Shown piece by piece: positions 13,143-26,658 of a DNA stretch of 64,000 bases. This DNA comes from Octopus bimaculoides. Lineage: Eukaryota. Position numbers and translations under genes: made by a program. The stretch is taken from contig NC_068983.1 of NCBI RefSeq assembly GCF_001194135.2, positions 76,126,321 through 76,190,320 of the forward strand, read 5' to 3'. Each line of letters starts with the position of its first letter. Position 1 is the first letter of the stretch. The notes under the pieces were generated by a model, which was not told the DNA's origin, did no database searches, and saw only the letters and a list, made by a program, of their open reading frames with translations.

Positions 13143-14445
13143 GAATAACGTCGACCACTAACGTGGACAATTAATGCGCTAGAAATAGATCACATCTTGT
13201 GTCTATTAAGACCTAAATTGTTCTCAACATGAAATATAGCAGCATACCAAAAACGTGAGCGGGCAATACATTTAAAATCACCTAAAAAAGCATTATTNNN
13301 NNNNNNNNNNNNNNNNNNNNNNNNNNNNNNNNNNNNNNNNNNNNNNNNNNNNNNNNNNNNNNNNNNNNNNNNNNNNNNNNNNNNNNNNNNNNNNNNNNNN
13401 NNNNNNNNNNNNNNNNNNNNNNNNNNNNNNNNNNNNNNNNNNNNNNNNNNNNNNNNNNNNNNNNNNNNNNNNNNNNNNNNNNNNNNNNNNNNNNNNNNNN
13501 NNNNNNNNNNNNNNNNNNNNNNNNNNNNNNNNNNNNNNNNNNNNNNNNNNNNNNNNNNNNNNNNNNNNNNNNNNNNNNNNNNNNNNNNNNNNNNNNNNNN
13601 NNNNNNNNNNNNNNNNNNNNNNNNNNNNNNNNNNNNNNNNNNNNNNNNNNNNNNNNNNNNNNNNNNNNNNNNNNNNNNNNNNNNNNNNNNNNNNNNTATA
13701 TATATATATATATATATATGCATGTATATATATATTCCTTTCTATTTCTTTCTGTTTCGCTTCCTACAATTTCCTGTTGTCTTACAATAAAATCTTTGCA
13801 ACGGAGAAGGATGTAGTTTTCACGGATGGCGGAAGTCGTACTTGTTTACTTAAACACTGTCTCATCACACAACAAACACACCTGTGCAGACATAAGCACA
13901 AACTCACAATGATACATTTTATATAAAGAAGCAATGTATATATGTGTGTGTGTGTGTGTATATATATACATATAATATAAACATACACGCACAATACATT
14001 ATGCATATAGAAGTTTGTAAAGTGAGTATTATGTACTAGTGTACGTATGTAAGCGACTAAGGTTGCGTGTGATGAATTTCAAAGCTTAACATTTTCTTCG
14101 GTTTTCTTCCATTTACGTAATATTACGGACACAATCGTACATGCACACACTCACGAAGTCACTCACGCACATATACCGCTTTATATTATCATTGATTTAA
14201 CATTACGTGCGTCTCTGTGTTCTCTATGTGTGTGTATGTAGGTGAATATGTTTGTGAGAAAAAAAAATCAACCCAAGACAACTGGAATGGAAGGAGATGT
14301 ATACAGATTAGATTGCAATTTGCTGCCATTGGTGATGACATCCTGTTATTCTGACTAAATTGGAAATAACAGAAGGAAATCTTTGGAGAATTTCTCGTAA
14401 CAAGCACAACAAAGCGCATGCATATATTCATACATATTCACATGT

Positions 14446-14500
<55 letters not shown>

Positions 14501-14860
14501 TTTATGTTTATATAAAGAGAGACACGTACGCGTTGATACATGCGCCATTCATTGTCCGGCGGAGCAAGAGAGTAGGATGAAAGATAAAGAAAGACTGAGA
14601 CTGAGAAAGTAGAATGTTATAAGTCTGTATGTGTGCGTGCAATGGTGTATATGTTGGAGGAGTACGTATATTGAAATGTAGTACGCGGGTGGGGGTAAGT
14701 AGGAATAGTATTAAACAAATGGTATGTCTTCGAGAAAACGTATAAAGAATTGAAGAAAGCTGAAAGAAAATGAAAGGAAAATGCGAGGAAACGGACGAGA
14801 AAGAGTAGTATCTATATGATATGAGAAGATACGTAATTGTATTTTTATATATACTATATA

Positions 14861-15093
14861 CAAGGTTGACCAAAATTCACCCGACAGTAATTCAAAATTC
14901 CATAAATGCTACCTGTAATTCTGTATTGACTCGAATGGAAGAATGTGACGTTCATGAATGACTTCAGTTTGAACAATTTTCATGATGTTTCATATTTAGA
15001 TGCTTTTGTTAAATTCATTCAGTTGTTAAACATAAATAAATCTTGGAGTTAAAGGATTTTGTTTTACTGTCAGGTGACTTTTGGCCAACCCTG
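14861..15093. mobile_element. Tc1/mariner-type MITE with TA target duplication
   Basis: 30 bp TIRs, 26/30 identical (caaggttgaccaaaattcacccgacagtaa vs cagggttggccaaaagtcacctgacagtaa), flanked by TA at 14859-14860 and 15094-15095. Confidence 0.85.
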
Positions 15094-15206
15094 TATTTGT
15101 TCGTGCTATCATAGATGGTAAAATTAATTTAGGTATCATCCAGGCATCTACCTAACACAAACATTCAGATTTATACAAGCGCACACGCATGTGTGCACTC
15201 GCACTT

Positions 15207-15288
<82 letters not shown>

Positions 15289-15289
15289 G

Positions 15290-15620
15290 CTCTCTGCCAA
15301 GTGGTCCCCAAACAAGTTGGCCTGCATGCGTATAGTTCGTTCGGCAGATCGCGCAAACGAGGCGCTTTGCACCTGTAAAAACACTCATCACCGCCGTATT
15401 TCAGCAGCTCTTATCGGGTTTTAGCAATATCTCGCATATTCTGCCGAGAAACACGGCAGGTTTTCGAGGTAAGAACTGAAGCCATTGCATTATCCGCCAT
15501 AAGACATTCCCTTAAAAGTCGAAGGAAATTCTGCAGAAAAGACGCACATGTCTACTCGGAAGCAAGTGGCACGCGCCCGTTCCGAATCGTCAGAAACCTA
15601 ATTGTGGTCTTGCTTGCATG
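15290..15620. promoter_or_regulatory. CpG-rich unique island (candidate promoter, first exon or exon)
   Basis: Locally GC- and CpG-rich non-repeat sequence between a (CA)n(CT)n tract and a long polypyrimidine tract; plus-strand donor GAG|GTAAGA at 15468/15469. Confidence 0.3.
15411..15530 (-). CDS. Candidate terminal exon of hypothetical minus-strand gene (NFLRLLRECL...DIAKTR*)
   Basis: Acceptor gcgtcttttctgcag|, phase 0, 39 codons then TAA; hand-assembled, no recognised homolog. Confidence 0.15.
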   Translation of the reverse strand, partial: NFLRLLRECLMADNAMASVLTSKTCRVSRQNMRDIAKTR

Positions 15621-16578
15621 TCACTCTCCATCATTCGGTCACTATCGAATACCTTTTGTTTTAGCATGAAAGCCTTGTCTCTTACAAAGAAACCATCCTC
15701 TCATCCTGATTCCCCCTTCCCTCTTCCCCTCTTTTCTTTCTCCACCACCTTTTCCTCCTCCCCCTCCTCCTCCTTCTCTACCCTTCTCTACCCTTCTCTC
15801 CCTTCTACTCTTAACCTTTACTTCTTTTTACTTTCCTTTTCCTATCCCACTTCTCTTTCGACCCTCCTCTGCTCCTTCTAATCCTTATCGTCATCGTCAT
15901 ACGCCTCCTCATTATTTCCCTCCTACTCCTCCCCATCGTCATCAGGATAAGGGTGACAACAGCGACAAAAACACCAAAACAGTAACAACAACAACCACAA
16001 CATTAATATCAAAATATAACAATAAAGATTGCCATAAAGAAACCAACAAATAGCATAACACATAAAGCAGAGCTACATTGCAATACCAACCAAAGACAAG
16101 AAGAAAACTGAATAAGACGAACTATTGATAGAGAAGTCAGCACTCCAAGTATCTGCATTACATATGAGAAAATATAATAACAGTAAGTATTATCGACATT
16201 ATCACCGCCATATTCACTGACGTTCCCAGTAGAATTGGCGAACACGAAAAGTAAACAACAAAACCAACGATAATAAAACCAACGTCGACGACAACAACAA
16301 CAACAATAACAAGTACAGTAGTGATGAAAGCAGCAGCAACAATAAGTATAACGAATTCATTGAATGTTTCAGGCAAATCTTTTAAAATCTAAAATGAACA
16401 TAAACTACCTCAAGGGACACTATTAATTCAAAGGAATATATAAAATATACGTTGATATCGTGTAAGTATGTATTTATAAATGTACATATGTATAAGAATA
16501 TATGAATATATATGCATATATGTATGTATATAAATATATACACACACAGGTATGCAATATATATATATACATACATTC

Positions 16579-16646
<68 letters not shown>

Positions 16647-16651
16647 CTTCG

Positions 16652-16683
<32 letters not shown>

Positions 16684-16698
16684 TCTCTCTCTCTCTTC
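16579..16698. repeat. (CTAT)n followed by (CT)n microsatellite
   Basis: Direct observation; runs into an N-gap. Confidence 0.95.
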
Positions 16699-17498
16699 NN
16701 NNNNNNNNNNNNNNNNNNNNNNNNNNNNNNNNNNNNNNNNNNNNNNNNNNNNNNNNNNNNNNNNNNNNNNNNNNNNNNNNNNNNNNNNNNNNNNNNNNNN
16801 NNNNNNNNNNNNNNNNNNNNNNNNNNNNNNNNNNNNNNNNNNNNNNNNNNNNNNNNNNNNNNNNNNNNNNNNNNNNNNNNNNNNNNNNNNNNNNNNNNNN
16901 NNNNNNNNNNNNNNNNNNNNNNNNNNNNNNNNNNNNNNNNNNNNNNNNNNNNNNNNNNNNNNNNNNNNNNNNNNNNNNNNNNNNNNNNNNNNNNNNNNNN
17001 NNNNNNNNNNNNNNNNNNNNNNNNNNNNNNNNNNNNNNNNNNNNNNNNNNNNNNNNNNNNNNNNNNNNNNNNNNNNNNNNNNNNNNNNNNNNNNNNNNNN
17101 NNNNNNNNNNNNNNNNNNNNNNNNNNNNNNNNNNNNNNNNNNNNNNNNNNNNNNNNNNNNNNNNNNNNNNNNNNNNNNNNNNNNNNNNNNNNNNNNNNNN
17201 NNNNNNNNNNNNNNNNNNNNNNNNNNNNNNNNNNNNNNNNNNNNNNNNNNNNNNNNNNNNNNNNNNNNNNNNNNNNNNNNNNNNNNNNNNNNNNNNNNNN
17301 NNNNNNNNNNNNNNNNNNNNNNNNNNNNNNNNNNNNNNNNNNNNNNNNNNNNNNNNNNNNNNNNNNNNNNNNNNNNNNNNNNNNNNNNNNNNNNNNNNNN
17401 NNNNNNNNNNNNNNNNNNNNNNNNNNNNNNNNNNNNNNNNNNNNNNNNNNNNNNNNNNNNNNNNNNNNNNNNNNNNNNNNNNNNNNNNNNNNNNNNNN

Positions 17499-17545
<47 letters not shown>

Positions 17546-17736
17546 TACACACATATATACGTGTGTGTGAGTGTATGTGCATATATGTATACGCGTGTGT
17601 ATATATTAAATGTACGCATTCATAAATGTATGTGCATACATATATTACAAAGAAAACGAGGATGGAAAGAGACTGAGAGATAGAGATTTATACCTATAAC
17701 AGCTTCCCGCAAACACACGTACATTTACATACATAC

Positions 17737-17770
17737 ACCTCTCCTCATTATCACTACATCATCTTTAATG
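17737..17770 (-). CDS. Candidate internal exon (R-IKDDVVIMRRG) of hypothetical minus-strand gene
   Basis: Very strong acceptor ttcttgttgctgcttccttttttcgtttcag| and donor ggt|gtatgt; open frame; phase fits the neighbouring candidates. Confidence 0.27.
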
Positions 17771-19255
17771 CTGAAACGAAAAAAGGAAGCAGCAACAAGA
17801 ATAAAACCTAACGCTACTTGTATGATTATACACTTGCATAGATACATTATTATAAATATACATATGCATATATATATATATANNNNNNNNNNNNNNNNNN
17901 NNNNNNNNNNNNNNNNNNNNNNNNNNNNNNNNNNNNNNNNNNNNNNNNNNNNNNNNNNNNNNNNNNNNNNNNNNNNNNNNNNNNNNNNNNNNNNNNNNNN
18001 NNNNNNNNNNNNNNNNNNNNNNNNNNNNNNNNNNNNNNNNNNNNNNNNNNNNNNNNNNNNNNNNNNNNNNNNNNNNNNNNNNNNNNNNNNNNNNNNNNNN
18101 NNNNNNNNNNNNNNNNNNNNNNNNNNNNNNNNNNNNNNNNNNNNNNNNNNNNNNNNNNNNNNNNNNNNNNNNNNNNNNNNNNNNNNNNNNNNNNNNNNNN
18201 NNNNNNNNNNNNNNNNNNNNNNNNNNNNNNNNNNNNNNNNNNNNNNNNNNNNNNNNNNNNNNNNNNNNNNNNNNNNNNNNNNNNNNNNNNNNNNNNNNNN
18301 NNNNNNNNNNNNNNNNNNNNNNNNNNNNNNNNNNNNNNNNNNNNNNNNNNNNNNNNNNNNNNNNNNNNNNNNNNNNNNNNNNNNNNNNNNNNNNNNNNNN
18401 NNNNNNNNNNNNNNNNNNNNNNNNNNNNNNNNNNNNNNNNNNNTATATATACATATATATATCCATACGCATACACACAGATAAAGAGTTGAGAGAGACA
18501 CGAAGTGGAAATATGACCACCCATATACATACATATTTGCAATCTCATCACCATACATATATACACACACGCAACCATACATTAATCTTGGCAACAATTT
18601 GTATTCTACGAAAGTTTTGGTTTCAATATAATGAACGAGATTTGCCAACTTTTAAGGGGAAGTTATTCGAAGATGGTGGAAATAGCGTAGGGGGCTAAAT
18701 TCAGAATACATAAATGCATAAATACATACATAAATAAACTCAAATAAAAGGCTAAAACCATCGCATATGAAGAATTCTTTAACTGTAAAATATGGTAAAA
18801 ATTCTTGAACGAATGCCAAAAATAGTTCCGAAAAATGGTTTGCTTCTTGATAAAATAAGAAATTCGATCTTTTTCGCGTGTCTTCTAATATATTTCAATA
18901 ACATGAGAGTAGCTGCTAGCAGACATTGGGGCGGAGAAACAAAGAGAGTAAGAGAGAGAGAGAGAGGGTGAGAGAGAGACAGCGGGAGAAGAAGAGACAA
19001 ATGGAGAGATATAGGAAGACATATAGATAGAAAATTAGTAAGATGAGGTTTAGTTCTATAAAGCCCAGATTTTAGATCGATTGGAACGTACAGCTTGATT
19101 AGCACCGAATAGTAAATATAATGAAGAAAGAAACCAAAAACCAAACTGAAAGATCAAAACCAATAACTATGCCATATTTTACTCTGTTCTTGAAAGGACC
19201 AGACCTGTTACAGATTACATGAAATTGGGGCATGTCCTGTTTACACTATATGTAA

Positions 19256-19286
<31 letters not shown>

Positions 19287-19602
19287 CCTTAGTGTATGTG
19301 TGTGTATATATATATTTATCTCCTCATATAAAAATAGTGTGTGAGAGAGAGGGGAGGGAGAGATAGCGAAAAAAAGAGGAGAAAGATATTTGAGGGTATG
19401 GCCAAGAGAAATAGAACAGAATATGCAAATATTTCTTCAGTGACTCTCTGCTCTTGAGTCAATTATGTATCTTTACAGCTAAAATTATTCATATATATAT
19501 TTATCTATAAATCAATATACATCTATTTATGTGTGTATTTATACACAATATATCTACCTATGCATATATATATACATATGTATGTATATACATATGTATG
19601 TG

Positions 19603-19636
<34 letters not shown>

Positions 19637-21282
19637 TATATACATAGATATGTATGAATATATGTATATATATATATATATGTGTATGTATGGATGTATA
19701 TATANNNNNNNNNNNNNNNNNNNNNNNNNNNNNNNNNNNNNNNNNNNNNNNNNNNNNNNNNNNNNNNNNNNNNNNNNNNNNNNNNNNNNNNNNNNNNNNN
19801 NNNNNNNNNNNNNNNNNNNNNNNNNNNNNNNNNNNNNNNNNNNNNNNNNNNNNNNNNNNNNNNNNNNNNNNNNNNNNNNNNNNNNNNNNNNNNNNNNNNN
19901 NNNNNNNNNNNNNNNNNNNNNNNNNNNNNNNNNNNNNNNNNNNNNNNNNNNNNNNNNNNNNNNNNNNNNNNNNNNNNNNNNNNNNNNNNNNNNNNNNNNN
20001 NNNNNNNNNNNNNNNNNNNNNNNNNNNNNNNNNNNNNNNNNNNNNNNNNNNNNNNNNNNNNNNNNNNNNNNNNNNNNNNNNNNNNNNNNNNNNNNNNNNN
20101 NNNNNNNNNNNNNNNNNNNNNNNNNNNNNNNNNNNNNNNNNNNNNNNNNNNNNNNNNNNNNNNNNNNNNNNNNNNNNNNNNNNNNNNNNNNNNNNNNNNN
20201 NNNNNNNNNNNNNNNNNNNNNNNNNNNNNNNNNNNNNNNNNNNNNNNNNNNNNNNNNNNNNNNNNNNNNNNNNNNNNNNNNNNNNNNNNNNNNNNNNNNN
20301 NNNNNNNNNNNNNNNNNNNNNNNNNNNNNNNNNNNNNNNNNNNNNNNNNNNNNNNNNNNNNNNNNNNNNNNNNNNNNNNNNNNNNNNNNNNNNNNNNNNN
20401 NNNNNNNNNNNNNNNNNNNNNNNNNNNNNNNNNNNNNNNNNNNNNNNNNNNNNNNNNNNNNNNNNNNNNNNNNNNNNNNNNNNNNNNNNNNNNNNNNNNN
20501 NNNNNNNNNNNNNNNNNNNNNNNNNNNNNNTATATATATATATATATACATATACTCACATGCGCGTTGAGTATTGGCATAGTGAATATATGATGTCGCA
20601 TATTGTTCTAATAGCTTGGTGACAGAAATAAAGGCAAATCAATCATCAGATGAAATGACACGAACAATTTTCCTCGAAGGAATGCTTAATCATACTTATT
20701 AGTTCTCTGTATGAGTGGATTCTGAGCTGTAACATCGGCACAACCGTGTTAACCCATACTGACAAGTTGTATGGTGTTATATAGATTTTACAAAAGTAAA
20801 TCAAATAATTAAGAAACAAGACATGTTGAATAGGCAATTAAATAGTGATAATGCTTAAATTTTACAGCTGCTTCTAATGGATAATTTGAATTTAATTCTA
20901 CTTATGCAGATAGTTGATACACTATATGTTTATAGCTCAGACTGGTGGTTTCGATTTTATTTCGGTAGAGAAACGTGTATAGGGCATTGATAAGTAGGCG
21001 AGATTTCGCTTTACCTAGCTCTAAAGTATATTGTGATTTTTAACACTATACTTCTTCCGCACGAAAACAGCAGCTTCTGCTATTTAAACAACACAAATTC
21101 ATTAAATATGTGATATTGGTGATATTTATATATATATATGCGTATTCATCAATAAATATATACATTTGCATATATATACAATGTATGTGTGTATATGTAT
21201 ATGTAATTATATCTATCTATCCATCTATCTATCTAAATCTCTTTATCTCTTCTCTTTCTCTATTTCCTTCCCTCCCCCTCTC

Positions 21283-21329
<47 letters not shown>

Positions 21330-22366
21330 TAATTGCAACATGGAAAGCTCAAAGTTAGTCATTCAGAAAAACACAAACATTATTATCTTCACTTAAACAT
21401 TTATTTGTATTATGACTAAAAGCTTTTTATCAGTGGACACGTCGCAGTTTGGAGCACAGAAAATGTTGATGCCATAACACAAATAAATGTTTAAGTGAAA
21501 TTAACGATCTTTGTCTCTTTGTGTGTTTCTGAATAGCTAGCTTGTGTCTTCCACGCTGCAATCGCTTTAGATTCAGCACACGATGTCATATAATAAAAAG
21601 AAAAATTACTATGCAAGTAAANNNNNNNNNNNNNNNNNNNNNNNNNNNNNNNNNNNNNNNNNNNNNNNNNNNNNNNNNNNNNNNNNNNNNNNNNNNNNNN
21701 NNNNNNNNNNNNNNNNNNNNNNNNNNNNNNNNNNNNNNNNNNNNNNNNNNNNNNNNNNNNNNNNNNNNNNNNNNNNNNNNNNNNNNNNNNNNNNNNNNNN
21801 NNNNNNNNNNNNNNNNNNNNNNNNNNNNNNNNNNNNNNNNNNNNNNNNNNNNNNNNNNNNNNNNNNNNNNNNNNNNNNNNNNNNNNNNNNNNNNNNNNNN
21901 NNNNNNNNNNNNNNNNNNNNNNNNNNNNNNNNNNNNNNNNNNNNNNNNNNNNNNNNNNNNNNNNNNNNNNNNNNNNNNNNNNNNNNNNNNNNATATATAT
22001 ATATATATATATACACTTATATTACAAACTTATACGTTATATATGTACCTCACGCGTGCACATACGGACACGTACATATATGTATATATCTATCTTTTAT
22101 TTATGCATACATGCATATAGATATAATACACAGGGCCGCGTATATTTATATATATATTTGCTTATTCGCATTCGTGCTCAAACACTTCGGATTTCGACCT
22201 TGAACGTGGACCGCCGGCCATCATCTTTGTAGAACGATATCTAGCGACAACGTCTGGAAACCGAGTTGGGTCATCAGATATATTCGGCTGCAGTGGCTTT
22301 TCTAGTTCTCAAGGATCGATATGAAAACATTGTTGCATAAAACTGTCAACACTATAGGAATGTTAC

Positions 22367-22466
22367 CGAGCTTTATCATTGTCCTGCCTGATAGAGTCTA
22401 CTAAGTGCTCCACACTGTATCGTTGGCATAAGAGAAACATAATTAGTTCCCAATGTCGAGTCGTTC
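22367..22466 (-). CDS. Candidate internal exon (G-TTRHWELIMFLLCQRYSVEHLVDSIRQDNDKA-R)
   Basis: Acceptor tatatttcaacag|, donor tcg|gtaaca, 100 bp open frame (phase 1 to 2). Confidence 0.25.
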
Positions 22467-22857
22467 CTGTTGAAATATATGTTCATATATATACATATGG
22501 ACATATATGTTTGCATACACATACACACACGTAGACGCATACACACGCGAACACGCGCAAACACACACACGCGAACACACACACACGCACACACACATAT
22601 GAGAAGATAGGGATAAATAATCCTGGCTGGCACCGTAAGGGCACGCGGTTATAATCCAAGTCCTGGCTAACTGCATTGAGCTGTGAGGAACAGCAAGGAT
22701 TACTTAGAATGAGCAATCCCACTTGAATTCATCCGGCAGATAAACCCTGGGTTCGCTTCACTAGACTCTGAATATTTTGCTGTATGTATATATTCTTTTA
22801 TTTGTTTACTTGTTTATTTGTTTCAGTTATTTGACTTACACATAATATATATACATG

Positions 22858-23498
22858 GAGGCGCAATGGCCCAGTGGTTAGGGCAGCGGACTCGCGGTCA
22901 CAGGATCACGGTTTCGATTCTCAGACCGGGCGTTGTGGGTGTCTATTGAGTGAAAACACCTAAAGCTCTACGAGGCTCCAGCAGGGGATGATGGCGAACC
23001 CTGCTGTACTCTATCACCACAAATTTCTCTCACTCTTTCTTCCTGTTTCTGTTGTACCTGTATTTCAAAGGGCCAGCCTTGTCACACTGTGTCACGTTGA
23101 ATATCCCCGAGAACTACGTTAGGGGTACATGTGTCTGTGGAGTGCTCAACCACTTGCACGTTAATTTCACGAGCAGGGCGTTCCGTTGATTGGATCAACT
23201 GGAACCCTCGACGTCGTAAGCGACNNNNNNNNNNAGGCTCCAGCAGGGGATGATGGCGAACCCTGCTGTACTCTATCACCACAAATTTCTCTCACTCTTT
23301 CTTCCTGTTTCTGTTGTACCTGTATTTCAAAGGGCCAGCCTTGTCACACTGTGTCACGTTGAATATCCCCGAGAACTACGTTAGGGGTACATGTGTCTGT
23401 GGAGTGCTCAACCACTTGCACGTTAATTTCACGAGCAGGGCGTTCCGTTGATTGGATCAACTGGAACCCTCGACGTCGTAAGCGACGGAGTGCCAACA
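22858..23498 (+). mobile_element. Full-length tRNA-derived SINE (family 3), partly duplicated across a 10-N gap
   Basis: A box tggcccagtgg (22867-22877), B box-like ggtttcgattctc (~22910-22922), tRNA(Arg)-like loop ggactcgcggtc, 3' hairpin cgtcg-taag-cgacg and (CAA)n end; 22973-23224 is repeated exactly at 23235-23486. Confidence 0.88.
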
Positions 23499-23534
23499 AC
23501 AATGAGTGCATATATATACACATGAACACATGCA

Positions 23535-23566
<32 letters not shown>

Positions 23567-23974
23567 CACGCGCGCGCGCACACCTATTATAAAAGTAATT
23601 TTATCATGTTAAACCGTTAATCCGGACACATGTTTTCCTCTCTCCACTTTGTTTCCTCTCATCCCGTTCTGTCGAAGAGCGTAGGCACGAAATGTCAAAG
23701 ACATTCTTCCATTCTTTCCGACCGTCAAACGAATACAACCGCTTGTTGTTCCCTCACCCGTCTTTGTCTTCAGTTTTCTATACATTTGCACTATATATAT
23801 TTATACGTATACTTACATGCACACGACATATGTACATATGGCATATGTACATAGGTATGTATGTTATACTCAGACACGGATCATTCCATATATGCTTACA
23901 CACACACACTCACTCACACACATATACCCACACATTTTAATAGATCTTTCTACTTGCTTCAATCTTCGCATTAG

Positions 23975-24035
23975 TAGAAGTGCCACCTAGTGAGACTGAA
24001 CCGGAAACCGCATAGTTGCAAAGCGATATCAGCCA
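23975..24035 (-). mobile_element. SINE family-2 head fragment
   Basis: The reverse complement (...ggtttccggttcagtctcactaggtggcact) matches the head of the SINE at 55725. Confidence 0.6.
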
Positions 24036-24273
24036 TATCTGAAGTTTCAATGAAACCGTCTCTTATTGATGGAAATCAGTCTATAATTAAGGAACATCTC
24101 ATAAAATTATAATGTACTGTTTAATTATCATTACAATCGCAACCATTACTAGAATCAAGACAAGCATCAAAATCACGGAAAGCATCACCTTGATTACCAT
24201 CATCAAGTGAACGTGATCACGACGCCATTACTTAACGACTAGAATAACAACATAACGACTAGAATAACGCCTT

Positions 24274-24327
<54 letters not shown>

Positions 24328-24610
24328 ATTTTTCCTTCTTTTTGAAGTCATGCCCGGAACAATGCAACTCTTCCACATCAGATCTGATCTTCAATACAGT
24401 TCTCATATCCTCAACCTGATATCAAGGATCTTCCACAAGTTGATCAACATATGCTCTGTTGCTGCTACTGCTATCGTTGTTGTTGCTGCCGCTGCTACTA
24501 CTACTACTACTACTATTACCACCACTACCACCACTACCAGCACCACCACTACCACCAGCACCAGCACCAGCAGCAGCACCAGCACCAGCACCACCACCAC
24601 CACCACCAGG
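24274..24610. repeat. (ACT)n plus compound (GTT)/(ACT)/(ACC)/(AGC) trinucleotide low-complexity region
   Basis: Direct observation; perfect (ACT)n at 24274-24327, compound tract at ~24465-24610. Confidence 0.9.
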
Positions 24611-25183
24611 GCACCCACTTTGCTCCTCAACGGCCAGGTTCAGTTGCTTCGAGTTTTTATATTAAACTAAAACGATACGAAACATTCTGTGCCTTAGCAA
24701 CAAGCGATTAAATAATGTATCACACCATACTATATCTATGAATAGAAATATTTCGTTTTGGAAACATCAAATGAAGAAGAAAAATATCAGTAGTAAACAT
24801 ACAGCAGAGCAAGTCTCCGGAAAGACCAGAATGTTCCGGAATATGGTGGAACACAGTCTCCTATAATCACATGACATTTTTTGGGATTAATCCAACTTCT
24901 AGATTCCTGTTTCTTTCAGGTTTATTTGATATTTGCTAAATTTATTATTCTTGGCTTGTCAGGACTCTAATCCTCGCAGATGATATGGTCTTGTCCAACG
25001 TTCAAAATATTGTTGACGCCACTGTATACCATCAGCAACGTTATTATCGTCTCTTTGCCTCAACATTCTTTTTATTTTCCAATTCTTCCAACATTTGTTC
25101 TTGTAATTTCGTTTACAGTACAAATACTTGCATATACATACAAACACAAGCACGTATACACGCACTCACACACACACCCACAC

Positions 25184-25226
<43 letters not shown>

Positions 25227-25514
25227 TAAATACATACATACATACTTACATAAATATACGTATACACATTCATGTATGTATATATTTGTGCACATGTCTA
25301 CATACATTGATAGAGATAAATAGATTATGTATGGTTTTATGTATTCACCTGTGTGCTTAATTGCTTTACTAAAATATGTTCAAGAAATGGCCTGTCGTTT
25401 CTTTGGAGATGGCAAATACACACACATACACAGACACCAATAGACATACACACACGCCCACGAATTTCATCCGTTTACTGTGTTGTAGTCGAATAGATAT
25501 TTTTTACTTGCAAT

Positions 25515-25640
25515 AATCATTGGACTGTGGCCATGCTGGGACACGACTCTTGAAGGGTTTTAGCCGAACAACTTGACCCAGTACTTATGTTGTTATTTTT
25601 ATTTACTTGGTACTTATTCTATCAGTCTCTTTTACTTTCA
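25515..25640 (-). mobile_element. SINE family-2 3' half
   Basis: ggactgtggccatgctgggacac and tacttattctatcagtctctttt are the reverse complement of the 3' part of 55960-56080. Confidence 0.7.
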
Positions 25641-26623
25641 CCGTTATATAGTAGAGAGTATGATTCCACTGTTTTGTATTTTGGCCAAGTGTTTTCTACC
25701 ATTCATTTGAGTAAGCCCAAATTTCCTAGCTTATTCAGTGAAACTGGGTGTAAAGAAATTGTGTGTAAGCTCGTTGAATGCATTGCATCTGAAATTCAGA
25801 ATAACCATCTAAGTTAAATCCCGTGAAACACTGATTTTGAGGTGTGTTACATTAAGTTCTAAGTGTAAACTAGATATACTTAGTCATCTAATCTGAAAGA
25901 CGTGGGTTGTTTAGTTAATGGAACAGTTGGTATATTTATAGTTGATGTAGATATATATATGCGTATCTANNNNNNNNNNNNNNNNNNNNNNNNNNNNNNN
26001 NNNNNNNNNNNNNNNNNNNNNNNNNNNNNNNNNNNNNNNNNNNNNNNNNNNNNNNNNNNNNNNNNNNNNTATATGTATGTATGTTACTATTGTATGTTGT
26101 ATCTATGTATGTATAAATTAATCGGGCACGACCTACTGTAAAGTCTAAGATATTCATGTTTGAATGTTTCTGTGTATTTAATCACTATTTTGGAATAAAA
26201 TATCTGACTCTTGATAATCAGATATATCTAGAAATAGGAGAAGAAGTATTTATGGAGAAGAAGCTTCTAGTGACCATTATTTTCACATTAGGGAAATGCA
26301 TAAATAACATGATGCCAGACTGGAAATTAAGTTCTCCATCAGTTTATGGTGGCTTGATGATATAAATGATATAACATAACTGGTACTTAGATACACATAT
26401 AATCGATTAATTCATGCAGATTATATTATTTAAAACAAATACTAACTTTACTTATTGCTTTATCTATTCCATGTAGTTAATAATTATAATTGTTTATAGA
26501 TATTGACTGTTGTTTCACATTTATTTGACTCTACTGGTTCTTCAAATTTATGTCTCACTTCTAGAGGCAGACTTCATAGTAATGTCTAGATATAGACTTT
26601 ATTGCATACAATAAATTTTGCAG

Positions 26624-26658
26624 CTATCAATGAAAGAATATGACAATGAAAGAATCTG
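26624..26658 (+). CDS. Candidate exon (LSMKEYDNERI-W) of hypothetical plus-strand gene
   Basis: Acceptor aaattttgcag|, donor ctg|gtaagg; only one frame open; ATG at 26630. Confidence 0.22.

Noticed and set aside
15300-15373. CAICRTNYTHAGQL resembling C2H2 zinc-finger spacing
   Set aside because: Both zinc-binding His positions are G/R and the frame runs straight into (GA)n.
16009-16376. Hydrophobic, GPCR- or TM-like ORFs on the minus strand
   Set aside because: Explained by degenerate GTT/ATT repeats; no family motifs.
22858-22935. tRNA(Arg)-like sequence as a tRNA gene
   Set aside because: It continues directly into a SINE body and tail; the acceptor and T stems are imperfect.
22973-23486. 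Exact 252 bp direct duplication of the SINE body
   Set aside because: The two copies are identical and separated by a 10-N placeholder gap, typical of an unmerged contig overlap.
24350-24711. Thr/Ser-rich mucin-like or Pro-rich ORFs
   Set aside because: Compound trinucleotide repeats give open frames on both strands; no supporting splice or start context.
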